Positions 45,963 to 53,595 of a stretch of DNA of 53,595 bases are shown piece by piece (the first letter of the stretch is position 1; every line of letters starts with the position of its first letter). Below the pieces are notes generated by a model. That model had not been told where the DNA came from and did no database searches. It saw only the letters and a list, made by a program, of their open reading frames with translations. Made by a program: the position numbers and the translations under genes. The DNA comes from a virus (taxonomy: Duplodnaviria; Caudoviricetes). The DNA lies in IMG/VR virus record IMGVR_UViG_3300040734_000009, positions 1 to 53,595 of that record, one strand, 5' to 3'.

Positions 45963-48483
45963 TCGTGTCGCCGATGGCACGATGCAAGAAATAATCAATC
46001 TCCGGCCTGTAGATGGAGCATGGAGACCCGTAGGACCAAAGGAGAGTTATCCAATGGCTACCTCCGATGTGAGGTTCATTCATACAGTAAGCGAATCATT
46101 CAAGGTTTACCTTGGCACTCCCGGAGGATCCTTATGGTATTGGGTGTACGAGAACGATGTTATCCAGGCATCCGTCAATACCGGCATAGTATTAACGGGA
46201 AAACAGATCACCTTTGCACAGCTTCATAATACCATGATCGTTAGCAATATCACTGATGAGACAATGCACATCTTTGTCTTTGACTATGACAGTGAGCGAT
46301 ACAGAATCATGAGTGATGGAATGCCTGATATCCCGGATATCATCATTGAGAGGGATGCTGGCGACCTGGGCTCCGAAGATATTGAGGGCACAGATGCGGA
46401 GAGTTACTTTGCAAACTCTGTCAAGGTGGTTGCTGACAAGATGAAGCGAACATTTACAGGGAAGGTACTGATCCGGTTCGCCTGGGAGCTATCGGGCGGC
46501 AGCGTAGTCAAACATTCACCCATATATGAGGTTGAAGGGTCTGAGCTGGAAATAACTTACGCTGATTCAACATACTCTGCCTCTATCTCTACAGTCATAT
46601 GGACCGGGTATCATATCGTATTCGATTGCCTCATGGAGACATCAGCCCGGCAGGCAATCATTGATACATACAGGGGCATCATTGCATCCCTGAATATTTA
46701 CATGACCCGTCCGAACCCGGTGGAGTTTACAGAGAGGAGCGACCAGGAAGATACCTTCGGTATTAAAGATCCGGTTGTGAGTGACAACAACCTGTTCTAC
46801 CTCGTTCATTCCATCCCTCTTGAGTCTCTTGCTGATGTAACTACCTTGGATGGTGTGCTGGCGAACTCAGGACTTGATAAGGACCTGACGGATATAGTCA
46901 CCTTCAATACGATGCCGACAGACAACTTTACGCATCATACACTCTCGGCAAAGAGCCTGTTCAGCTACAATGACAGGTATTTCCTCGGCGATATCGTGGT
47001 GAGGCTGTATGGAGGCCCGAATAATGCCCTGCCTACCGGAGGGAGAAGGACTACCACTGGATTGCCTTATGAGGTGGGCCTTATTTATGAGCTGCATACC
47101 GCAGAGAAGACCATGCACCTTTTCTCGGGATGGAAAACAATGAACTCATACAAGGATGATGGCACAACCCCATCATTCTACTTCCCGTTCCTCTTTTATC
47201 CGGATGCCAGGGCATACAGGGTGCATATACTGACCAGGTGGGGGAGTGATATCTACTTGATGGCAACGGAGTATCTCACACAGTCAGGCATCAATAACTT
47301 TTCATACCATGACTTTTTCACTGTCCAGGTGATGCCAACAGTGGCTTATACCATGCCAAATACCGGGAATGTGATCACTGATCCCAACCGGGTACAGCTC
47401 ACCGAACAAAGCAACCCGTTCTACTACCCGGCAATCAACTCATACCGATGTGGTAATGGCAGGGTCCTCGGTATGGCCACCAATGCTGTGGCTCTCTCCC
47501 AGGGGCAGTTCGGGCAGTTCCCGGTATATGTGTTCACTTCAGATGGCATATGGGCTCTGACCATTGGCACCGGGGATCCGCTCATTCAATCCATTATTCC
47601 GGTGTCACGCGAGGTATGCAACAACGCCCGGAGTATCACTCAGATTGATGGAGGGGTGGCATTCACAACGGAGAAAGGGCTTTATATTATTACCGGTGCC
47701 AATCCTATCGAGATAAGTGACCTGGCAGAAGGCGAATATATGTCAAGGCTTACTGGCACTGTCAATTATGAAGCCATAGCCAATAACCCAAATTTATACC
47801 AGATTAAGCCATACCTCTGCAATACCAGTCTACTAAGTTACTTACAGGGTGCAGCGCTGGGATACGACCATATTCATAAGGAGATCATTGCTTCAAACCC
47901 GGCAAAGAACTATTCATGGATATATTCTATCAAGTCAAAGGTATGGTTCAAGGTATCGGAGAGCTGGGAGAGGTTTGTACAGGATTTCCCGAGAGTATAT
48001 GGATACCGGTCAATAAGCACTGAGGGTACAACTCCCTTCCTTGCATCATCAACAGATATAAGTGCCTCTGATGATACCGTGCTGGCATCAGCCGAATATA
48101 TTGAAGGCACCATCACATACCAGCTCTGTGACATCTCCCTGGAGGACTTTACAGCCCTGGTGCCGGTTCACATGGAGACAAGACCGCTGAAGATCACCGG
48201 CCGGAAGTTAAAAAAGATTAACAGGCTGCTCATCGGTGGAAGGGTGAGCGATAGCATCATCAATCCGTTTTCGGTGAATCTTTTCGGATCTCCGGATGAC
48301 AAAGGCTGGTATCTCATGAACAACGGCCATGCCTTTGGAAACAAGAACCGGCTACTGATAGGCCGGAGCCTGTTCTCATGTCAGTACTACATCCTGGTGT
48401 TTGGAGGGATGGTGGATGAAGAAGCCTACTTCACTCATCTTGAGATAGAATTCGAGGAGAGGTTCGGAGGGAAGCTCCGGTAA
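45910..48483 (+). CDS. Tail nozzle/stabilisation protein (P22 gp10-like)
   Basis: 857 aa, beta-propeller-like; ALSQGQFGQFP.YVFT.DGIW and SREVC.N..SI motifs. Confidence 0.7.
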   Translation: MDQKTIELAGIVRNLPDNRVADGTMQEIINLRPVDGAWRPVGPKESYPMATSDVRFIHTVSESFKVYLGTPGGSLWYWVYENDVIQASVNTGIVLTGKQITFAQLHNTMIVSNITDETMHIFVFDYDSERYRIMSDGMPDIPDIIIERDAGDLGSEDIEGTDAESYFANSVKVVADKMKRTFTGKVLIRFAWELSGGSVVKHSPIYEVEGSELEITYADSTYSASISTVIWTGYHIVFDCLMETSARQAIIDTYRGIIASLNIYMTRPNPVEFTERSDQEDTFGIKDPVVSDNNLFYLVHSIPLESLADVTTLDGVLANSGLDKDLTDIVTFNTMPTDNFTHHTLSAKSLFSYNDRYFLGDIVVRLYGGPNNALPTGGRRTTTGLPYEVGLIYELHTAEKTMHLFSGWKTMNSYKDDGTTPSFYFPFLFYPDARAYRVHILTRWGSDIYLMATEYLTQSGINNFSYHDFFTVQVMPTVAYTMPNTGNVITDPNRVQLTEQSNPFYYPAINSYRCGNGRVLGMATNAVALSQGQFGQFPVYVFTSDGIWALTIGTGDPLIQSIIPVSREVCNNARSITQIDGGVAFTTEKGLYIITGANPIEISDLAEGEYMSRLTGTVNYEAIANNPNLYQIKPYLCNTSLLSYLQGAALGYDHIHKEIIASNPAKNYSWIYSIKSKVWFKVSESWERFVQDFPRVYGYRSISTEGTTPFLASSTDISASDDTVLASAEYIEGTITYQLCDISLEDFTALVPVHMETRPLKITGRKLKKINRLLIGGRVSDSIINPFSVNLFGSPDDKGWYLMNNGHAFGNKNRLLIGRSLFSCQYYILVFGGMVDEEAYFTHLEIEFEERFGGKLR

Positions 48484-48500
48484 TCACATAACCGTCACAT

Positions 48501-48530
48501 AAAAAAGCCCCTCGATTATAGGGGCTTTTC
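48501..48530. terminator. Bidirectional intrinsic terminator
   Basis: AAAAAAGCCCCT-CGATTAT-AGGGGCTTTTC between convergent genes. Confidence 0.8.
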
Positions 48531-48545
48531 TTTCTTCATTGCATC

Positions 48546-48791
48546 TCACGATGCTTTTCGCTCACATAATTTAACATATGCCTCGGTCCTTGCAAGAAAG
48601 TGATCGAGGTTTGCATAGGTGTCATAAACCTCTCTCCGGTAATTTGCATCTTCATCAGAAAGCAGAAATGCGTCAGCCATTTCTCTCAGATGTTGCCTCA
48701 TCCGGGGAAGTTCATCTGATAGAATAATGTCCTTCACCAACTCTTCGGGTGTCGTCTGAAATGTTATTGCATCAGTCATCACACCCCCCAC
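48546..48791 (-). CDS. Hypothetical protein downstream of the antirepressor
   Basis: 81-aa helical ORF overlapping the antirepressor stop codon. Confidence 0.6.
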   Translation of the reverse strand: MGGVMTDAITFQTTPEELVKDIILSDELPRMRQHLREMADAFLLSDEDANYRREVYDTYANLDHFLARTEAYVKLCERKAS

Positions 48792-49573
48792 TTTCTTAGA
48801 TTATGAAGATACATTCTGCCCTTTTCGGTAACGACAGTTGATAGGCTGGTACCTATTGTGTTATCACTCTTAATGTACCTTGCGGTGCGGGTTGTAAAAA
48901 ATCCCTTATCGGCAACCTTAACTGTTGGCTGCCATTGCTCGCTCTGATGGAACAGGATGCCCTTCTCTTTGCACCAGGCAGTAAAAGCATACACACTCCT
49001 GAATCCAAGGTCGTGAGCAACCTGAGTGAGGGTGAATGTGCTTGTTGACTGAAGTACCTCATTGGTATATTCAGCCTTTGGTGCAAGAACCTTTCTCTCC
49101 GATTGCAAAACATCAACCTCGCCCTCGAGCATCTGGACCTTCTGCTTGTGGTTCTCGATGGTCTTCTGGGCGACAATGAGAGCCCTGGCCATGATCTGCT
49201 CGGGAGTTTCCTCTGGAGAGGCGGCGATGTAGCCTCCATTTTTGCGGATAGCCGGGAGGACTTCTGAAGTAACCCACTTGCGGAATTTTTTTGCTTCCAG
49301 CTTCCGGCTGTCAAGGATAACATCATAAAGACCATCCTCATTAACAAAGTTTGCAACCTGCTGACGGCCCATGCTGTCCGTGATGGGGTGACTTGAAATC
49401 ACCTCATCTGTCAAGCGCCTGGATACCGCTGCTGTTTGTAATTCTAAAATCCTACAGACGTCTGTAAGACAGAATAAAGGATTTTGGCTTGATCCGGTCG
49501 TGCGGATCTCCCCGAATTCGGGGTTACTGAAAATCTGAACGCCCGTAGCGTTCTTGTCCAATGAGTCACGCAT
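48779..49573 (-). CDS. ant: Phage antirepressor (Bro-N plus ANT/KilAC)
   Basis: F.N.EFGEIR, FV.E.GLY..I..SRK..AKKF.KWVT.EVLP.IRK.GGY, IMARAL..A, PKA.Y and VTEKGR motifs. Confidence 0.92.
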   Translation of the reverse strand: MRDSLDKNATGVQIFSNPEFGEIRTTGSSQNPLFCLTDVCRILELQTAAVSRRLTDEVISSHPITDSMGRQQVANFVNEDGLYDVILDSRKLEAKKFRKWVTSEVLPAIRKNGGYIAASPEETPEQIMARALIVAQKTIENHKQKVQMLEGEVDVLQSERKVLAPKAEYTNEVLQSTSTFTLTQVAHDLGFRSVYAFTAWCKEKGILFHQSEQWQPTVKVADKGFFTTRTARYIKSDNTIGTSLSTVVTEKGRMYLHNLRKWGV

Positions 49574-49819
49574 AATGATTTGGATTTAGTTAAACAAAGG
49601 GGGAAGGTCGCTGCGTGACTCACCAATGCGAAGCACCAGTAGGACTGCGGGACTCTCACCCGTTCGCCTTCCCTTTGGCTTTGTTTCAGTCTGTTTGTGA
49701 TGTAGTACTTCATCTCCTGGTAAATCACGCACCACAAACATATGTAAAAAATCATTAACTTGCATCAGATTGTGCGATTATTTTATTAACACAACCAAAG
49801 GTAGTAAATTACTTAAATC

Positions 49820-49838
49820 TACGGCATAAATGCAGTAT
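49820..49838 (+). promoter_or_regulatory. Operator-like motif, copy 4 (TACGGCATAAATGCAGTAT)
   Basis: 17/19 identical to copy 3; in the divergent region upstream of ant, overlapping the ATG at 49830. Confidence 0.7.
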
Positions 49839-50039
49839 CAAATAAACAAAAAGGCACTAATTATTGGATGGATAATTGCTGTTTTATTAATTGCAGGTGG
49901 ATTATTCCTTTCTGCGCAGTCCAAAAGATATGCGGTGATGAAGGATCATTACATTCTTGACAAGTGGACTGGCATTGTAACACAGTATGGGCAAAAGATT
50001 TATAACATCCGGACAGGTGAAATATATCAGGTGCCGTAA
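49830..50039 (+). CDS. Small single-TM protein (moron-like)
   Basis: N-terminal TM helix, then RY...ILDKWTG; lone plus-strand gene in this block. Confidence 0.6.
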   Translation: MQYQINKKALIIGWIIAVLLIAGGLFLSAQSKRYAVMKDHYILDKWTGIVTQYGQKIYNIRTGEIYQVP

Positions 50040-50067
50040 AAAGCCCCGAGATCGTAACCCCGGGGCG
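50039..50067 (-). terminator. Intrinsic terminator
   Basis: GCCCCG/CGGGGC stem with a T-run on the minus strand. Confidence 0.5.
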
Positions 50068-50120
50068 GTCCCGTAAACCAGTTGCGGGAGGTAGATATTG
50101 AAAGAACGAAAATATTATCT

Positions 50121-50855
50121 TTAGAGTTCAGAAAGTAAGAGCATTTCTTTGTCCCAGGCACCAATTATCTGCCAATAAAAACCAAATGGGCTCTGCACAA
50201 GCAGTATAGGGTCTCTTCTTTTGTATTTATCCTGAAAAAGATCGGGAGCAGCAATAACATAAAACACAGGCTTTTTGCCACAAAGTTTTTCTGTTTGCTC
50301 AGTATAGGCCTTCATCGCGGTTATCGCTACATCAGGAAACTCAGGTATAAAGATATCAGATGTATTCATAAGAAGATCATACTTTTGAAGTAGTTCCTCA
50401 ATCTTCTCATCGGTGGTATTTTGATAACCATCATAGAATGTTTTAAATTCAAGATACCTTTTTCTGTTCTCAATTCTCTGTATCATACCATCAATATCTT
50501 TTCTGGCATATAACTGAACAATTAAGGTCCTCTTTTCCTGAAGTATTGATATCTTCTCATCCAGTAGAGTCAAAGCAAAAGGCGTTGGGACAGTTTCAAG
50601 TTCCTTTAAAGCATCAATAGGCTTAATTTTTATTTTATGATTGGCATATTGACTTTCACTACCCATGGTTGTACTTGCAAAGACTGGATTAGCAGGCACG
50701 CCATTGTATTGACTTGCATAATTTTTGAAGTCAAACAGATATGTCTCATCAAGACCTGAATTAGCTGTTAGAATTGGCGCTCTCAGATTGTCGATTGATT
50801 TCTGAAATGTTTCAAGATCCATTCCAGTTAACATATGAAACAAAAACTTTCTCAT
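50121..50855 (-). CDS. Conserved-looking phage hypothetical protein
   Basis: 244 aa; FIPEFP and DPILLVQSPFG.YWQI.GAWD motifs recalled from Bacteroidota phages. Confidence 0.7.
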   Translation of the reverse strand: MRKFLFHMLTGMDLETFQKSIDNLRAPILTANSGLDETYLFDFKNYASQYNGVPANPVFASTTMGSESQYANHKIKIKPIDALKELETVPTPFALTLLDEKISILQEKRTLIVQLYARKDIDGMIQRIENRKRYLEFKTFYDGYQNTTDEKIEELLQKYDLLMNTSDIFIPEFPDVAITAMKAYTEQTEKLCGKKPVFYVIAAPDLFQDKYKRRDPILLVQSPFGFYWQIIGAWDKEMLLLSEL

Positions 50856-51118
50856 AATGGGATTTTGTATTTAATGTTTTAATTAAAATGCCGCTCTGTT
50901 CCCGGCTGCCAGGGGAGCAAGATCCCCGCCTATCTGTCTGCTTGCTGGCCGTCATCATTACAGTATCGCCCTTTGTAGCTCTCCACCGGCTTGCTTGCTT
51001 ACCGGACTCGGATCCAGGGGAGAGGTACGCACACCCTGGACCGCAACCCTAACCGCTGTAATTATGCTGATAGGCCCTCTCTCTATTGGGATTATCATTG
51101 TTTAAAAGAACTCTCTCG

Positions 51119-51153
51119 AAAAGCCCCCGGGGGTCATAACTTCCCGGGAGCTG
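51119..51153 (-). terminator. Terminator-like hairpin
   Basis: AGCTCCCGGGAA/CCCCCGGGGGCT stem followed by TTT on the minus strand. Confidence 0.5.
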
Positions 51154-51213
51154 AAACAACAACTGTTAATATGGCTAAACGGTAACTCAAATATACAACA
51201 TTCCTGTTACATA

Positions 51214-51231
51214 TACAACCGGAATGCAGTA
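51214..51231 (+). promoter_or_regulatory. Operator-like motif, copy 5 (TACAACCGGAATGCAGTA)
   Basis: Matches the consensus; intergenic. Confidence 0.55.
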
Positions 51232-51341
51232 ATAAGGAACGGGCGGGTGGCCTGGAAATATTTGATTGAATCACTGTCTGTCTGTCTTCGGCCGTGGATC
51301 CCGCCCGATTCTAATATGGCTATTTTGGATAACAACATAGT

Positions 51342-51689
51342 CTAAGCTACATCCTTTTTTGCCATAAAGCTCTCTTTGCTAATGGCTATATGTTTGTTAA
51401 TCAATGCTTTTATTTCTTCATATGCACCAACTAACTCTTCTCTTTCCTGGCGGTTATGAGAACAGAAGGTGTCGGATGGAACATATTCATGGAACATCTC
51501 CTCCAACAAAAGACCATAAAGATCAGTGTTGTCTCTTAGAATAGGTTGTGAAGGCATAACAAAAAGTGTTAATGGATTAATCGAGAATGAAACATATCGG
51601 CTCTCCTTGCCCTGAGAGTCCAAGGTTTCTCGCAGAGCGAGCAACAACCATTCCGGTAAAGGAACGATATGTGGTCCTTTAAATTTCAA
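51342..51689 (-). CDS. Hypothetical protein
   Basis: 115-aa ORF with TTG start; start uncertain. Confidence 0.4.
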   Translation of the reverse strand: MKFKGPHIVPLPEWLLLALRETLDSQGKESRYVSFSINPLTLFVMPSQPILRDNTDLYGLLLEEMFHEYVPSDTFCSHNRQEREELVGAYEEIKALINKHIAISKESFMAKKDVA

Positions 51690-51734
51690 AAAACGATAAT
51701 CCTAATTGTTTCCGACAGTAAGGATTCCTATTCG

Positions 51735-51807
51735 TAGCGGCGACAGGATTCGAACCTGCGATCTCTGGATTATGAGTCCAGCGAGGACGCCACTCCTCCA
51801 CGCCACA
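51735..51807 (-). tRNA. tRNA-Met(CAT), initiator-like
   Basis: TGTGGCG TG GAGG AGTGGCGT CCTC G CTGGA CT CAT AA TCCAG AGATC GCAGG TTCGAAT CCTGT CGCCGCT A: complete cloverleaf, unpaired 1:72, CCA not encoded. Confidence 0.9.
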
Positions 51808-51842
51808 TTTTGTTATTCAAATTTAATAAATGATCTGAGAAA

Positions 51843-51860
51843 TACAACAGATATGCAGTA
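51843..51860 (+). promoter_or_regulatory. Operator-like motif, copy 6 (TACAACAGATATGCAGTA)
   Basis: Matches the consensus; 36 nt upstream of the tRNA 5' end. Confidence 0.55.
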
Positions 51861-51925
51861 ATATTTTCCTTTTGGAGCCAACTATTGTAAATGCCTGTTG
51901 TATGCCATTATGACTATTCTGGTGA

Positions 51926-52165
51926 TTACTCTGGTTGCCACTCACTGCCGCACTTATCACACATCCATGTATGAAAGCCAGTAAGGCCGACGAAAGCAGA
52001 TGTTCTGCAATTAGGACAGTGAGGCTTCCCGCCTGGTTCTTTTCTTTCCACTTTCTTCTTCCCTCTCTCGGAGAGGTAGCGGTCAACAAGATATGCTGGT
52101 GTGTCACTGTGCTTAATTTCTTTTACTACCCAAATGGTGTAGTCAATTAGTTCTTCTCTATCCAT
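51926..52165 (-). CDS. Small Zn-ribbon protein
   Basis: CPNC...W.CDKCG motif. Confidence 0.65.
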   Translation of the reverse strand: MDREELIDYTIWVVKEIKHSDTPAYLVDRYLSERGKKKVERKEPGGKPHCPNCRTSAFVGLTGFHTWMCDKCGSEWQPE

Positions 52166-52167
52166 GA

Positions 52168-52641
52168 CTATTTACCTGTTAATTGTTTGCGAAGTTCTTT
52201 CTGTCCAACTATAAATCCCGTCCTGAACATTAAAACAAACTCGCCCTTGTCACCAAAATGTTCAGTAGAGTTCTTTTTAATTTCTTCATCCGAAGGCATC
52301 TCTTCCAGCACCATTTCCCTGTGCTGCGCAAGAAGGGCGTCATTATCAACATTATCTCTACTATAATAGTAATTCATAATCTTCAAAAACATCTGCAATG
52401 CAGTCTTTTCATTACCATCGAGTAGTTTTGGTAAATGCGAGTAATTGCCTCCGAAATTTGCTGCCATTGTCACCTTAATTTCAGCCAATTCATCTTGTGG
52501 CGGATCTGCCGTTTTCTCATAATTGGCAAATAACTCAGATAGCGTTTTTACTTTAATCCCACTAATACCTGTACTATTAATGCGCTCATATTCTTTTTCA
52601 GCAAACTCTCTCTTTGCCTGTTCAAGTTCTTCTGGTTTCAT
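52168..52641 (-). CDS. Hypothetical protein
   Basis: 157-aa ORF coupled to its neighbours. Confidence 0.6.
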   Translation of the reverse strand: MKPEELEQAKREFAEKEYERINSTGISGIKVKTLSELFANYEKTADPPQDELAEIKVTMAANFGGNYSHLPKLLDGNEKTALQMFLKIMNYYYSRDNVDNDALLAQHREMVLEEMPSDEEIKKNSTEHFGDKGEFVLMFRTGFIVGQKELRKQLTGK

Positions 52642-53102
52642 TGCTTTCTTTCCACGTTAATATTGTAATATTTACATCCCTTGCAAGTCTTGTTTTTTGC
52701 AAGTACAAGACAATTATCCTCTGTAGTTATTGGATTTGAACAACATCCGGTCTCTTTCTTCTCATTTTGTTTCCAATACTCAAATAGCTCGGCGGTAGTG
52801 AACTCCTCAATTATATGGGTTTCTACCTCGACAACCCATTTGTGATATATCTCTGTTTCGGTTTCAATGTCAATCTTTTCAGCAAATTCAAGTATCCATT
52901 CTAAAAACTCAGGAGGGTAGAATTGACCCTCTCCCTCTGTTTCAATAGTCTCAGTAAATGTGACCGTCTTGTTACCGTTACAGACGGGGCAGCGCTCTGT
53001 TAGATTACCTGAAACTGTCGACAATGGGGTAAGAGTAGACATGATAATGCCCGTTCCAGCACAATACTTACATACCACCGGATACTGCCTTGTTGTTTTC
53101 AT
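52638..53102 (-). CDS. Zn-finger (CxxCxGxG) protein
   Basis: CKYCAGTG...CPVCNG; Cys-rich C-terminus. Confidence 0.6.
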   Translation of the reverse strand: MKTTRQYPVVCKYCAGTGIIMSTLTPLSTVSGNLTERCPVCNGNKTVTFTETIETEGEGQFYPPEFLEWILEFAEKIDIETETEIYHKWVVEVETHIIEEFTTAELFEYWKQNEKKETGCCSNPITTEDNCLVLAKNKTCKGCKYYNINVERKQ

Positions 53103-53511
53103 TTCTCTGCGGATTTATTGCTGATTCATCTAACCAATAGGCTACTGTTTCTGACCAGTATTTTTCGCTCTGAGGATTACCCCGGCGATATGTAGATACA
53201 TTGTATCTCCCATTATTTTCCTTGACTGGTATGCGGTAATTGGGTTTCGGGAGTCGATCTTTTACGCTCACCCATTTGGGCCGCTCATTCCCCTGCGTCA
53301 ACAACTCGCTCGGTAGTAAGCCGCACCGCTGATAGGTGTTACCGGCATCGGCGAATAACTTAGCTATTTTCTCATACTTAATTAGTGTGAGATATCCGCC
53401 GCCAACTTCTCCAATAAAACTGTGCTCAGTCTCAATATAAAAACCATTTCTTTCTACAGGTTGCGGCCGGAATGAGAACGTATCTCCCCGTGTGATTTCA
53501 AGGTTGCTCAT
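53068..53511 (-). CDS. Hypothetical protein with DUF551-like C-terminus
   Basis: WVSVKDRLP...V.YW motif. Confidence 0.6.
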   Translation of the reverse strand: MSNLEITRGDTFSFRPQPVERNGFYIETEHSFIGEVGGGYLTLIKYEKIAKLFADAGNTYQRCGLLPSELLTQGNERPKWVSVKDRLPKPNYRIPVKENNGRYNVSTYRRGNPQSEKYWSETVAYWLDESAINPQRNENNKAVSGGM

Positions 53512-53595
53512 GGCTCAATTATTTTTTCTTGTTTTCGTATTCAATCTCTGATTTTATAACAGTGAGATTATCCTTGATGTAGTCTCGCAATTCGC

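Larger units (their letters stand above)
1..53595. mobile_element. Temperate tailed phage/prophage region, probably podovirus-like with a Bacteroidota host; right end not reached
   Basis: Terminase, P22-like portal, capsid, scaffold, nozzle, giant ejection-type protein, antirepressor and att-like tRNA fragment are present. No host housekeeping genes, tape measure or sheath were recognised. Confidence 0.93.

Noticed and set aside
51685-51734. Ribozyme downstream of the tRNA, or a third copy of the 22-bp element (CAATTAGG)
   Set aside because: The sequence reads as a simple AATCCT/AGGATT hairpin plus T-run, i.e. terminator-like. The match to the 22-mer is only 8-9 bp.
1-53595. Stop-codon reassignment as in some Bacteroidota phages
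   Set aside because: Long genes are intact in the standard code, TAA, TGA and TAG all end plausible genes, and no suppressor tRNA is present.
1-53595. CRISPR array, rRNA or IS element
   Set aside because: No regularly spaced repeats, rRNA-like sequence or transposase motifs were seen. The HTH at 45372 has no catalytic partner.

Overview
This window is most of a temperate tailed phage or prophage, probably podovirus-like and infecting a Bacteroidota host. The host inference rests on TAnnTTTG promoters, AT-rich translation starts and Q-rule signal peptides. It opens at a 3' fragment of tRNA-Gly(CCC), a likely att site. A long minus-strand late operon follows (18.5 kb to 0.3 kb): scaffold, major capsid, adaptor and tail-fibre genes, a tyrosine recombinase embedded among receptor-binding genes, two signal-peptide-bearing proteins and an unusual lysis region. 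A plus-strand block carries terminase, a DNA methyltransferase, SSB, a Tad2/DUF2829 protein and small ORFs. A second minus-strand block carries ejection proteins, a GIY-YIG endonuclease, a 4009-aa polyvalent protein and the portal. The right end has a tail nozzle-like gene, a Bro-N/ANT antirepressor, tRNA-Met(CAT) and small accessory genes. Most notable are: (1) a candidate new lysis module combining a metacaspase, a holin fused through an internal signal peptide to a beta-rich domain, and an endolysin with a cationic amphipathic insert; (2) export signals on virion-type proteins; (3) a six-copy operator motif TACRRC-N4-AYGCAGTA; (4) a 22-bp element shared by both divergent control regions. 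Family assignments come from motif recognition by eye, not from database searches.
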